A stretch of 64,000 bases of DNA, from positions 23,766-87,765 of the forward strand of contig JAEWCL010000001.1 in assembly GCA_023390655.1 (NCBI GenBank), written 5' to 3'. The notes under the pieces were generated by a model. It was not told the origin of the DNA and did not search any database. It was given only the letters and a program-made list of their open reading frames with translations. The stretch is from Bacillota bacterium. Lineage in GTDB: Bacteria > Bacillota > Clostridia > Christensenellales > CAG-138. A program made the translations under genes and the position numbers. This document shows positions 47,419 through 57,170 of the stretch, one piece after another (position 1 is the stretch's first letter; each line of letters begins with the position of its first letter).

Positions 47419-48006
47419 TTAACGGCCCAAGCCGGAAAACCCCATAAACGCGATTGCCATCAGACCGGCCGCCATCAGGGTGATGGGGAAGCCGCGCAGG
47501 GCTTTGGGGATTTCTGCGTTTTCGAGCTTTTCGCGGATGCCCGCCATCAGAATGATGGCGATGGTAAAGCCGACGCCGCCGAATATACCGTTGACGACGC
47601 TTTCGAGCAGCGTGTAGTTTTGTTCAATATTGAGGATGGCAACGCCCAAGACCGCGCAGTTGGTGGTGATGAGCGGCAAGTATACGCCAAGCGACTTGTA
47701 GAGCGTCTCGTTTGTTTTCTGGAGCACCATCTCCACAAACTGCACGAGCGCCGCGATAGTCAGAATAAAGGCGATGGTCTGCATAAAGCCGATGCCGAGC
47801 GGCTCCAACGCCCATTTCTGAATCATCCATGTAAACAGGGAGGCCATGCCCATGACGAATGTGACGGCCATACCCATGCCGCTTGCCGATTTGACGTTCT
47901 GGGAGACGCCCAAAAACGGGCAGATGCCCAAAAACCGCACCAATACAAAGTTATTGACCAGTGCCGCAGTGATCGCTATGAGGGCAAGCCTTACAAGCCA
48001 TGTCAT
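47419..48006 (-). CDS. rnfA: Rnf complex subunit A
   Basis: ALVNNFVLVRFLGICPFLGVS, 195 aa polytopic protein. Confidence 0.9.
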   Translation of the reverse strand: MTWLVRLALIAITAALVNNFVLVRFLGICPFLGVSQNVKSASGMGMAVTFVMGMASLFTWMIQKWALEPLGIGFMQTIAFILTIAALVQFVEMVLQKTNETLYKSLGVYLPLITTNCAVLGVAILNIEQNYTLLESVVNGIFGGVGFTIAIILMAGIREKLENAEIPKALRGFPITLMAAGLMAIAFMGFSGLGR

Positions 48007-48613
48007 TGCTGTTTCCTCCCTTCTTTTTTTTATTGGATAACAGGTTGAGCGCGCCGAGTATCAGTCCCAGGGTAATAAAGCCGCCGGGGGCTAAGAGCAT
48101 CATCACAACGGGCACGTATCCGTCCCCAAAGACCGGAATGCCAAACAGGCTGCCCGCGCCGATCAGCTCCCGTATGGAGGCGAAGAACGTCAACGCCGCG
48201 GTAAAGCCAAGGCCCATGCCCAGGCCGTCCAGCGCGCTCATAAGCGGGGTGTTAGAGCTTGCAAACGCTTCGGCGCGCGCCAAAATGATGCAGTTGACGA
48301 CAATCAGGGGAATGTAGAGCCCCAGCGCCTGATCGAGCGCCGGAACAAACGCCTTTAGGAGCAGCTGCACAATTGTCGTAAACGCCGCGATGATCACCAC
48401 ATACGCCGGGATGCGCACCTGTGACGGGATGAAATTGCGCAGCAGGGAAACGAATACATTGGAGCATATCAGCACGAACGTTGCGGCAAGCCCCATGCCA
48501 ACGCCGTTGACTGCCGCGGTGGAAACCGCAAGCGTGGGGCACATGCCCAATAACAGCCGGAAGGTGGGGTTTTCCTTCCACAGGCCGTTGAGAACCACAT
48601 AAAAGCCCTTCAT
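47951..48613 (-). CDS. rnfE: Rnf complex subunit E
   Basis: GLWKENPTFRLLLGMCPTLAVS. The 3' end overlaps rnfA by 56 nt after an A8 run. Confidence 0.85.
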   Translation of the reverse strand: MKGFYVVLNGLWKENPTFRLLLGMCPTLAVSTAAVNGVGMGLAATFVLICSNVFVSLLRNFIPSQVRIPAYVVIIAAFTTIVQLLLKAFVPALDQALGLYIPLIVVNCIILARAEAFASSNTPLMSALDGLGMGLGFTAALTFFASIRELIGAGSLFGIPVFGDGYVPVVMMLLAPGGFITLGLILGALNLLSNKKKKGGNSNDMACKACPHSDHCGTGQ

Positions 48614-49161
48614 TGCTGTTCACCTCCCAGTGTCAGCGTAAACGCGCGGGCCGCATTCACAGCGTCCGTTACAGCCTGGGTAGAGATGGTGGCGCCTGTG
48701 ATCGCGTCCACTTCATTTCCGGTTGCGCCGCCGCCCTTTTTGACGGCAATTACGCCGTTCTTCCCGTTGAACTGTTCCATAAACTTTGACTGCTGCACAT
48801 TTTTTCCGAGCCCGGGGGTCTCGCTGTTGTCTCCGACGGAAATGCCGGTGACCGTGCCGTCAATTGTTACGCCTACGGTGACGAGGAACCTGCCGCCGTA
48901 GCCCGAGGCTTCCACTTCCATCACATAGCCATCCTCCATGCCGCGGGCATGGTAGAGGCTCGCGATGTTTTCCGGAAGCGTTTGTGCCGTCTCCTGTTCG
49001 AAATCGCCCTGAAACACCTTGTTCCGGGCAGCTTCCGCCGCAAGACGGGCCTGCGCCGCAATGGGTTCCTTCGTTACATAATAGGTTGCGCCCAGTGCAA
49101 GCCCTGCAATTAAAGCGATAATGAGCAGCCGCCCGCCCAGATGGATGAGGTTACGCAGCAT
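48610..49161 (-). CDS. rnfG: Rnf complex subunit G
   Basis: N-terminal TM helix. FMN-attachment motif VDAITGATISTQAV. Confidence 0.9.
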   Translation of the reverse strand: MLRNLIHLGGRLLIIALIAGLALGATYYVTKEPIAAQARLAAEAARNKVFQGDFEQETAQTLPENIASLYHARGMEDGYVMEVEASGYGGRFLVTVGVTIDGTVTGISVGDNSETPGLGKNVQQSKFMEQFNGKNGVIAVKKGGGATGNEVDAITGATISTQAVTDAVNAARAFTLTLGGEQQ

Positions 49162-50158
49162 GGCGTTTCACCTCCCCGTATACTCTTGCCCGTACATAAC
49201 GCTCAATGAGCGGCACGCAAAGGTTCATGATGAGTATGGAGTAGCTTACACCCTCCGGGTACCCGCCATACAGGCGGATGACCACCGTAAGAATGCCGCA
49301 GCCCAGCGCATAAATGAACTGTCCCTTTGGCGTAACGGGGGAGGTGGAGTAATCCGTCGCCATAAAACACGCGCCAAGGATCAGCCCGCCGGAGACCGTA
49401 TGGAACGCCGCGATCCAGAAGGGCGTATAGTAGCCTGCTTGGCCAGCGCGCCCTCCGCCCAGAAGGGCAATGCCGAAAAAGACGGTTGCGATGTAGATTA
49501 GCGGGATGCGCCAGGAAACCACCTGGCGGATGAGCAGGTAAATAAAGCCGATAAGCAGCGCAAGCGAGCTGATTTCGCCAATACAGCCGCCCTTGCTTTC
49601 AAAAGCAAGAGAGAAAAGTTCCTGCAGGGGAGTTGCATCCGTACCGGTGATAACGCCGGTATGCGCAAGCTGAGAGAGCGGGGTGGCGGTAGAGACTGCA
49701 TCCGTACTGGAGGATAAAAAGGAGTTGACCGGTGATGTCCATGCCGTCATCTGCACCGGGAAGCTGGCGAGAAGAAAACCGCGCGCGGCAAGCGCAGGGT
49801 TGATGAAATTATTGCCAATGCCGCCAAATGGGACCTTTACAAGGGCGATTGCGAATACGCTGCCCAGCACGCACATCCACCAGGGAGCGGAGACAGGAAG
49901 ATTCATACCCAGCAATATGCCGGTAACGGCGGCGGAAAGATCGCCGATTGTCGCTGCACGCCCCATCAGGCGGTAAAGCGCCCATTCGGTGAATACGGTT
50001 GCGGCCGTGCAGAGCAGCAGCACCATGAGCGCGCGGTATCCAAAATGATAAATCCCCATAATGCACGCAGGGGCAAGCGCAATGAGCACATCCCGCATGA
50101 GCGAGGGGGTATCCTGCGGCGCACGGATGTGCGGGGAAGGAGAGATATTCCATTTCAT
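49151..50158 (-). CDS. rnfD: Rnf complex subunit D
   Basis: SPSPHIR N-terminus, polytopic, FMATDYSTSPVTP flavin-attachment region. Confidence 0.9.
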   Translation of the reverse strand: MKWNISPSPHIRAPQDTPSLMRDVLIALAPACIMGIYHFGYRALMVLLLCTAATVFTEWALYRLMGRAATIGDLSAAVTGILLGMNLPVSAPWWMCVLGSVFAIALVKVPFGGIGNNFINPALAARGFLLASFPVQMTAWTSPVNSFLSSSTDAVSTATPLSQLAHTGVITGTDATPLQELFSLAFESKGGCIGEISSLALLIGFIYLLIRQVVSWRIPLIYIATVFFGIALLGGGRAGQAGYYTPFWIAAFHTVSGGLILGACFMATDYSTSPVTPKGQFIYALGCGILTVVIRLYGGYPEGVSYSILIMNLCVPLIERYVRARVYGEVKRHAA

Positions 50159-50210
50159 GCCATATGACCTCCCAAATGATCGCCTAAAGCAGGCGGTAAA
50201 TTGATTGCCG

Positions 50211-51551
50211 TCACTTCTTTGCGGGCGCAGCCGTTCCGCGTACCTTCAGCTTCGCAAGGCGCATGCTTTGCAGCAGCTGCCTGTGTGCGGGGCAGATAAA
50301 GGCGCACGCGCCGCATTCCACACAGTCAAGCGTATGGAACAACGCTGCCTGCGCGATGTCGCCCCGGTCGATCGCGGCGGAGATGATATAGGGCTGCAGG
50401 CCTGCCGGGCAGACCCGGTAGCACCGTCCGCAGTGGATGCAGGGGGAGGGCGGCGGAACATGCGCTTCCTTGCCGTGCAGTGCCAGTATACCGGAAGTCC
50501 CCGCGATCACGGGCACTGCATCCGTATATTGCGCAATACCCATCATAGGGCCGCCGGAAAGGAGCTTCTCGGTTCCTTCCTTCATGCCGCCGCAAAACGC
50601 GATGCAGTCGCGGAAGCTTGTACCGATGCGCACCGACAGATTGGAGGGGGAGTTGACGCCGCTACCCGTTACCGTTACGATGCGCTCGATGAGCGGCTTT
50701 CCGAACGCCACCGCCTCATAAATGGCGTTGCACGTTCCAACGTTGAGCACCACGCAGCCCGCGTCCGCAGGAAGCCCGCCGCTTGGCACCTCGCGCCCGG
50801 TAATGGCGTAGATGAGCTGCTTTTCCCCGCCCTGCGGGTATTTGACATGAAGCGGGCAGATGGTGATTGCGGTATCCTTCGCCGCGTCCCGCATGGCGCG
50901 TATGGCCTGGGGCTTGTTTTGTTCGATGCCCACGTAGGCGCGGGAGATGTGAAGCGCGCGCATCACAACCTGCATGCCCGCAATCACATTTGCGGCGCGC
51001 TCCTGCAACAAGCGGTCATCCGCTGTCAGGTACGGCTCGCATTCCGCTCCGTTTGCAATCAGGGTATCCACTGTTTTATCCTTTGGGACGGAAAGCTTAA
51101 CATGTGTGGGAAAGGTGGCGCCGCCCAAACCGACAATGCCTTTTTCACGGATGATGGATAGAAGCTCGGGTCCGCTCAGGGAGCCTGGGTCTTCCGGCGG
51201 GGAATAGCTTTCGTCTTTTGTATCGAGATGATCGTTGCGTATGACAACGGACAGGACAAGATTTTTTCCGGTAGGGTGGGGACGGTTCTCCACCGCAAGC
51301 ACAGATCCTGAAACGCTTGCATGGATGGGTGCGCTCACAAACGCTTCGCTTTTCCCAATACACTGTCCCAGTTTGACGCTGTCCCCCTTTTTGACAAGCG
51401 GGGAACATGGCGCGCCTGTGACCCGTACCATAGGAATCACGACAATGTCCGGCGGGGGCATAACGGCAATGGCGCTTGCGCTTGAGAGCGCTTTTCCGTG
51501 GTGGGAGGATTTGAGCGGGTGGACGCCTCCGGAGAACGGATGTGCCTTCAA
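50211..51551 (-). CDS. rnfC: Rnf complex subunit C
   Basis: TTG start 7 nt after GAGGTG. GLGGATFPTHVK, CIHCGRCYRVCP and CVECGACAFICP. Confidence 0.9.
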   Translation of the reverse strand: MKAHPFSGGVHPLKSSHHGKALSSASAIAVMPPPDIVVIPMVRVTGAPCSPLVKKGDSVKLGQCIGKSEAFVSAPIHASVSGSVLAVENRPHPTGKNLVLSVVIRNDHLDTKDESYSPPEDPGSLSGPELLSIIREKGIVGLGGATFPTHVKLSVPKDKTVDTLIANGAECEPYLTADDRLLQERAANVIAGMQVVMRALHISRAYVGIEQNKPQAIRAMRDAAKDTAITICPLHVKYPQGGEKQLIYAITGREVPSGGLPADAGCVVLNVGTCNAIYEAVAFGKPLIERIVTVTGSGVNSPSNLSVRIGTSFRDCIAFCGGMKEGTEKLLSGGPMMGIAQYTDAVPVIAGTSGILALHGKEAHVPPPSPCIHCGRCYRVCPAGLQPYIISAAIDRGDIAQAALFHTLDCVECGACAFICPAHRQLLQSMRLAKLKVRGTAAPAKK

Positions 51552-51709
51552 TATACATCACCTCTTCTTCTTGATATTTTATTAACAGATATAAGCTGTT
51601 ATGCAATGAACGGCCTTTTCCATTATCATAACAAATAGCTGTGGCAGCGAGCAATCCCAAAGCGTCAAATACTGCTTGCCTAAGGCAAAAACTCTTATTT
51701 TCTAGCACA

Positions 51710-51738
51710 AAATAAAAAGCGGGAAGCAGAAGCTTCCC
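51710..51738 (-). terminator. second hairpin terminator in the ABC-F/rnfC spacer
   Basis: Minus strand: GGGAAGC-ttct-GCTTCCC-gc-TTTTTATTTT. Confidence 0.45.
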
Positions 51739-51872
51739 ACCCAATAAGCTTAAAAATCTTGAAAACAGTCGCCTGTCCAACCGGAATTACGTGCTATATC
51801 TTTTATAGTTTAGCCGCTTGCTGCCCTATTCGTCAAGCCATAGACCGTTTTGGTTGAAGCGATGTCGAGAAT

Positions 51873-51903
51873 AAAGGCGGAAAATGGAATGTTTTCCGCC
51901 TTT
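51873..51903. terminator. bidirectional intrinsic terminator after the ABC-F gene
   Basis: AAAGGCGGAAAA-tggaatg-TTTTCCGCCTTT. Confidence 0.7.
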
Positions 51904-51920
51904 ACCGTGCTTGCAAACGT

Positions 51921-53534
51921 TTATTGGCGCTGCGTGCGCAATCGGATGACCTCGGGATTATCCATATAATCGTCAAAGTTTTCGCGGCGGTCTATGAGCG
52001 TGCCATGCAGAAGTTCCATCACCCGGTTTGCGACCGTCTGCGCAATCTGGTGGTCATGCGTGGCGAACAGCATCACGCCGCTAAACTCCATCATCCCTTC
52101 GTTGAGCGCCGTGATCGCCTCGAGGTCCATGTGGTTCGTGGGCTCGTTCATAATCAGGACGTTCGCGCCGGAAACCATCATCTTTGCGAACATGCAGCGC
52201 CCCTTCTCGCCGCCGGAAAGCACATGCACCTGTTTGAGCGCTTCCTCGCCGGAAAACAGCATGCGTCCGAGCCAGCCGCGGATCGTGGACTCATATTGGT
52301 CCTTGGAATACTGACGCAGCCAATCGATGAGCGAAATCTGCAAATTGTTAAAGTACATGGAGTTATCGGAGGGGAGGTATGCCTGCGAAGTGGTAACGCC
52401 CCATTTGAAGGAGCCCTCATCGGGTTCGAGTTCTCCCATCAGAATCTGGAATAGCGTGGTGCGCGCGAGCTCATCCTCGCCGACAAACACAATTTTGTCT
52501 CCCGGATGCACGATAAAGCTTACCCCATCTAGCACCTTACGGTCCCCGATGGTTTTGCTGATGCCTTCAACAAACAGCACATCGTTGCCCAGCTCACGGT
52601 CAGGTTTGAAATGGATGAACGGATAACGGCGCGAGGACGGGGCAAAGTTGTCCATCTGCAGGTTGTCCAGCATCTTTTTGCGGGAAGTCGCCTGGCGGGA
52701 CTTGGAGGCGTTTGCGCTAAAGCGCCGGATAAATTCCTGCAGCTCCTTCGCCTTTATCTCCGTTGCTTTCTGCTTTTCTTTTGCCTGCCGCGCGGCAAGC
52801 TGCGTATATTCATACCAGAAATCATAATTTCCCACATACATCTGGATCTTACCGTAATCGATGTCGACGATGTGCGTGCAGACCTTATTTAAAAAATGGC
52901 GGTCATGGGAGACGACGATCACCGTATTGGGGAAGTCCATCAGGAATTCTTCCAGCCATTTTACGGCGTAAACATCAAGGTTGTTGGTCGGCTCGTCCAG
53001 CAGAAGAATGTCAGGCTTTGCGAACAGCGCCTGCGCCAACAGCACCTTGACCTTGCGCGGGCCGTCGAGCTCCGACATCTTTTTATAATGGTATTCGCCC
53101 GTGACGCCAAGACCGTTTAAGAGCGTTTCCGCGTCTGGTTCCGCGTTCCAGCCATCCATTTCGGAGAATTCGCCTTCGAGCTCGGCAAGCCGCAGCCCGT
53201 CCGCATCGTCAAAATCCGGCTTTGCGTACAGCTCCTCTTTCTGCTGCATCACCTCATAGAGGCGGTGGTATCCCATGATAACGGTTTCAACCGGCGTGTA
53301 TTGCTCATACGCATAGTGGTCCTGGCGCAATACCGCAATGCGCTCGCCGGGCGTTAAAAACACATCGCCCCGGCTCGATTCGACTTCGCCGGATAAGATT
53401 TTTAGGAAAGTGGATTTTCCGGTGCCGTTTGCCCCGATCAGGCCATAACAGTTGCCCGGCGTAAACTGGACGTCCACGTTTTGAAACAACTGCCGTCCGC
53501 CAAATTGAAGTGAGATTCCCTGTGCGCTGATCAT
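51921..53534 (-). CDS. ABC-F family ATPase (YbiT-like)
   Basis: Start at MISAQGISLQFGG. Two NBDs (GANGTGKST / LLLDEPTNNLD; LSGGEKGRC / LIMNEPTNHMD). No TM domain. Confidence 0.85.
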   Translation of the reverse strand: MISAQGISLQFGGRQLFQNVDVQFTPGNCYGLIGANGTGKSTFLKILSGEVESSRGDVFLTPGERIAVLRQDHYAYEQYTPVETVIMGYHRLYEVMQQKEELYAKPDFDDADGLRLAELEGEFSEMDGWNAEPDAETLLNGLGVTGEYHYKKMSELDGPRKVKVLLAQALFAKPDILLLDEPTNNLDVYAVKWLEEFLMDFPNTVIVVSHDRHFLNKVCTHIVDIDYGKIQMYVGNYDFWYEYTQLAARQAKEKQKATEIKAKELQEFIRRFSANASKSRQATSRKKMLDNLQMDNFAPSSRRYPFIHFKPDRELGNDVLFVEGISKTIGDRKVLDGVSFIVHPGDKIVFVGEDELARTTLFQILMGELEPDEGSFKWGVTTSQAYLPSDNSMYFNNLQISLIDWLRQYSKDQYESTIRGWLGRMLFSGEEALKQVHVLSGGEKGRCMFAKMMVSGANVLIMNEPTNHMDLEAITALNEGMMEFSGVMLFATHDHQIAQTVANRVMELLHGTLIDRRENFDDYMDNPEVIRLRTQRQ

Positions 53535-53733
53535 AATTCCCTCGTACATTTCTAAAACAATTTGTCCATCATACCACATTCCGCCTGCAATTTCAAAGGC
53601 CGGGCGGCGTCCCGGCGCGGGATAAGCGGATATCCGAGCCACCTGTTCGCTGTTCCGGTAAAAAGGAATGACCGATGACAACGAAAGGCTCGCTTGATAT
53701 AATATGAAGATAATATTCGAGTTGGACGGTATT

Positions 53734-55131
53734 ATGGGCAACAAACTATTGCGCCACTTACATAAGCAGATGTCGCCTCCACGATTGATTGCGACGAGCT
53801 TTCTTGCCGTAATCATTTTTGGCGGCCTGCTCTTAAGCCTGCCAATTTCGCATCAGGCGGGGGTAAGAGTGCCGGTTCTGGACGCGTTTTTCACCGCCAC
53901 ATCCGCCGTATGCGTTACGGGGCTTGTAACACTGGTGACCTCGGCTACATGGAGTATATTTGGGAAAATCATCATTTTGCTGCTCATCCAAATCGGCGGC
54001 CTTAGCTTGATTACCATATTCACATTCTTTGTCGTCCATGCGGGCAGAAAGGTCACCTTGAAGGACCGCCTGACGGTACAGGCCGCGTTTAATGTCAACG
54101 ACTTGAGCGGCATGGTGCGGTTGGTGCTGCTTGTGATGCGCGGCACGTTTTTTTGCGAGGGAATCGGCGCAGTCCTGCTGGGCTTCTCCTTTTGGGGCAA
54201 AGGCATGGCATGGTACGATGCGCTTGCAAACGGCGTTTTTCACGCGGTTTCCGCTTTTTGCAACGCGGGGTTTGATCTCATAGGAGAGCAGAGTCTCATG
54301 CCCTATGCGGGCGATCTTTTGATCAATGCCGTGGTCATGGGGCTTATCATGCTGGGCGGCATCGGGTTTTTGGTATGGCGGGACTTGGGGCTGCAAATCA
54401 AGTATAGGGTACAGCCAAAAATCAAAAAGAAATACAGGCTTTCGCTGCATACAAGGCTGGCGCTGATTGCAACAGGCATTCTTATTGTGTTGGGCACGGG
54501 CTACTTTTTTCTTGCGGAATATCATAATCCGCAGACGCTGGGCGGATTTTCGGATACGCAGAAGCTGCTGCGCGCATTGTTTCAATCCGTCACGCTGCGT
54601 ACGGCGGGCTTTTTTACTGTTCCGCAAGGCGGACTTACAGAAACCTCCAAGGTCGTTTCAAGCCTCTTCATGATGATCGGCGGGTCTCCCGGCGGAACCG
54701 CGGGCGGCATCAAAACCGTTACGGTCGCAATTTTGTTTTTGAGCGTTTGGAGCACGGTGCGGGGTGAGAAAAACATCTCCGCCTATGAGCGGTCGCTGCC
54801 GGCGTTTACGCTGCAGCGGGCGCTGACGGTGATTATGATCATGCTGCTGCTGTGGCTGGGCGGAAGCATGCTTCTCGCGCTGACGGAACGGGGTTCCCCG
54901 TTTTTGCATACCCCGGCCGATCTTCTTTTTGAGGTGGCTTCAGGCTTGGGAACGGTCGGCGTTACCACGGGAATTACGCCGTTTTTGTCTTCACCGGGCA
55001 AAGTCCTGCTGATGATATGCATGTTTGTCGGGCGGATTGGCCCCATTACAATCATGCTGTCGCTGCAGCAGCGTGACAGCACGGCGAACGAGCGCGTTCA
55101 GTATCCGAGTGAAGATGTGATGATTGGTTAA
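53734..55131 (+). CDS. TrkH/KtrB-family potassium transporter membrane subunit
   Basis: Start at MGNKLLRH. FTATSAVCVTGL, FCNAGF, RTAGF and VGVTTG selectivity-filter-like repeats. Confidence 0.85.
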   Translation: MGNKLLRHLHKQMSPPRLIATSFLAVIIFGGLLLSLPISHQAGVRVPVLDAFFTATSAVCVTGLVTLVTSATWSIFGKIIILLLIQIGGLSLITIFTFFVVHAGRKVTLKDRLTVQAAFNVNDLSGMVRLVLLVMRGTFFCEGIGAVLLGFSFWGKGMAWYDALANGVFHAVSAFCNAGFDLIGEQSLMPYAGDLLINAVVMGLIMLGGIGFLVWRDLGLQIKYRVQPKIKKKYRLSLHTRLALIATGILIVLGTGYFFLAEYHNPQTLGGFSDTQKLLRALFQSVTLRTAGFFTVPQGGLTETSKVVSSLFMMIGGSPGGTAGGIKTVTVAILFLSVWSTVRGEKNISAYERSLPAFTLQRALTVIMIMLLLWLGGSMLLALTERGSPFLHTPADLLFEVASGLGTVGVTTGITPFLSSPGKVLLMICMFVGRIGPITIMLSLQQRDSTANERVQYPSEDVMIG

Positions 55132-55149
55132 TAGAGGTGGTAATCTGAT

Positions 55150-55794
55150 ATGAGCAGAATCAAGGTAGACCAGAATACGCAGTTTGCCGTACTGGGATTG
55201 GGCAAGTTTGGAAGAAGCATGGCGTACATGCTTGCAGAAAACGGGCACAATGTGCTCTGCTGCGATATGGACGCGCATGTGGTGCAGGAGGCGGCACAGT
55301 TTTGCACCCACGCGGTGCAGGCGGACGCTTCCGACAAAGCGGTGCTGGAAAAGCTGGGGATCGGCAATTTCGACGTGGTGGTCATCGCTTTCAGCGCCGA
55401 TTTTGAGGCTGCGGCTGTTACGGCAACCATTCTCAAAGAAATGCGGGTGCCCCATATCATGGCAAAGGCCAACGGCGCACGGCAAAAGCTCATCCTCGAA
55501 TCCATCGGGGTGGACCGCGTGATCCTGCCTGAAAAGGAAATGGGGGAGCGCGTTGCATATGGGCTGATCACAAACGGGCTAATGGAATCGATCCATAGCT
55601 CGGATCAATACGATATTATTGAAATGAAGCCGTTGCCGCACTGGGTCGGAAAGAGCCTTTCGAAGCTGCGGCTGCGCCAAACGGAAGGCATCAACATTAT
55701 CGCCATTATCCGGAACATGGAGGTGATTGCAGTGCTGGATGCAAAGACAGAGCTGCAGGCGGAGGATGATCTGATTCTTTTAAAATCCAGATAA
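55150..55794 (+). CDS. TrkA/KtrA-family regulatory subunit (RCK_N + RCK_C)
   Basis: FAVLGLGKFGRS Rossmann motif. C-terminal TrkA_C segment (GKSLSKLRLRQTEGINIIAI). Confidence 0.85.
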   Translation: MSRIKVDQNTQFAVLGLGKFGRSMAYMLAENGHNVLCCDMDAHVVQEAAQFCTHAVQADASDKAVLEKLGIGNFDVVVIAFSADFEAAAVTATILKEMRVPHIMAKANGARQKLILESIGVDRVILPEKEMGERVAYGLITNGLMESIHSSDQYDIIEMKPLPHWVGKSLSKLRLRQTEGINIIAIIRNMEVIAVLDAKTELQAEDDLILLKSR

Positions 55795-55988
55795 GCAGGC
55801 GGCAGAACAGCGGCAAGTCTCAGAGGGGGCTTGCCGATTATCTTTTTGTATAAAAGACGCTTGCTTAGCTATTCACCCTGCGCGGCAGTTGAGATATAAT
55901 ATAAACTGGTTGCATGCAGGCGCTGACTAAAATCAGCAATACAATGCTGTGGAGCCCGCTTTCGCATTGTACAAGGAGGACGATTGGG

Positions 55989-57137
55989 ATGAATTACCGG
56001 CAGTTGGGTCGCACCGGCATAGACGTCAGCGAGATCGGGATGGGGTGCGAAGGGCTTCTTGGCAAACCTTACGGGCAGGTAAAGGCGTATTTGGATTTGA
56101 TGGAGTCGGGGGGAGTCAGTTTTATCGACCTGTACGCGCCCAGTCCAGAATTTCGTTCTGATTTAGGCCGCGCTATGCGCGGACGCAGGGATAAGTTTGT
56201 GCTGCAGGCCCATATCTGCACCATCTGGAAGAACGGACAATATAAGCGCACCCGCGATATTGCGGAAGTCAGGGAAGGATTTGAGGATCAACTGCGGCGG
56301 CTGGATACCGATCATGTTGAAATCGGAATGGTACACTATGTGGATTCCATTGCGGATTGGGAAGCGGTGCGCTCCGGCGCTGTGATGCGGTATGCGCAGG
56401 AACTCCGGCGCTCCGGCGTGATCGGCGCGATTGGCCTCTCAAGCCACAATCCCGAAGCGGCGCTCGCCGCCGTCAACAGCGGGCTGATCGATGTGCTGAT
56501 GTTTAGCGTCAACCCCTGCTATGACTTGCTGCCCTCCAGCGAAGATATAGAGACGCTTTTTGACGGAAAAAACTACGAACACCCTCTTGTCAATATGGAA
56601 CCTATGCGGCAGGCGCTATATGAAACCTGCCAACGGCTGGATGTGGGCATCACGGTTATGAAAGCCTTTGGCGGCGGCGACCTCCTTAGTGAAACGCTTT
56701 CCCCGGCAGGAAAAGCGCTGACGGCCTATCAATGCATCCACTATGCTTTGACCCGGCCGGGCGTATCTTCCGTATTGGTTGGGGCGCGGACGATGGACGA
56801 GCTCAGGACAAGCATTGGGTATGCGGATGCGCCTGAAGAGGAAAAAGACTATGCATCCGCGTTTGCGTCGCTCCCCAAAATAAGCTGGCAGGGGCACTGC
56901 ATGTACTGCGGCCATTGTGCGCCGTGTCCCGCAGGGATCGATATCGCGAATGTCACCAAGTTTTTGAATTTGACGGTTGCGCAGGGGGAAGTACCCGAAA
57001 CAGTCAGGGAACATTATGCTGTGCTGCCGCATTTTGCGGGGGAATGTATCCGTTGCGGCGCCTGCGAAACGCGCTGCCCCTTTGGCGTTCCGATTATAGA
57101 GAACATGCAGCGTGCGGCAGCCATCTTTCAAAAATAG
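55989..57137 (+). CDS. aldo/keto reductase fused to a C-terminal Fe-S (ferredoxin-like) domain
   Basis: Start at MNYRQLGRTGIDVSEIGMGCEG after AGGAGGA. The C-terminus carries CMYCGHCAPCP and CIRCGACETRCP. Confidence 0.8.
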   Translation: MNYRQLGRTGIDVSEIGMGCEGLLGKPYGQVKAYLDLMESGGVSFIDLYAPSPEFRSDLGRAMRGRRDKFVLQAHICTIWKNGQYKRTRDIAEVREGFEDQLRRLDTDHVEIGMVHYVDSIADWEAVRSGAVMRYAQELRRSGVIGAIGLSSHNPEAALAAVNSGLIDVLMFSVNPCYDLLPSSEDIETLFDGKNYEHPLVNMEPMRQALYETCQRLDVGITVMKAFGGGDLLSETLSPAGKALTAYQCIHYALTRPGVSSVLVGARTMDELRTSIGYADAPEEEKDYASAFASLPKISWQGHCMYCGHCAPCPAGIDIANVTKFLNLTVAQGEVPETVREHYAVLPHFAGECIRCGACETRCPFGVPIIENMQRAAAIFQK

Positions 57138-57170
57138 GAGTCATGGACCATTTTCTAAGAGGAGTTTTGG

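Noticed and set aside
47951-48040. A 56-nt rnfE/rnfA overlap following an A8 homopolymer; possible frameshift or sequencing error.
   Set aside because: Both reading frames yield full-length, normal-looking RnfE and RnfA cores. The tail only adds about 18 residues, and the rnfA RBS lies inside it. There is no evidence of disruption, and I cannot separate a real overlap from a 1-nt homopolymer error without reads.
53535-53733. A possible c-di-AMP (ydaO/kimA-type) riboswitch upstream of the trkH/ktrB-like gene, as seen in many Firmicutes.
   Set aside because: Only a CCGAGCC fragment is present. The paired ACGGGGA / GGGTGAATC-type conserved cores were not found, and the likely promoter (TTGATA...TATAAT-like) sits right next to the start codon.
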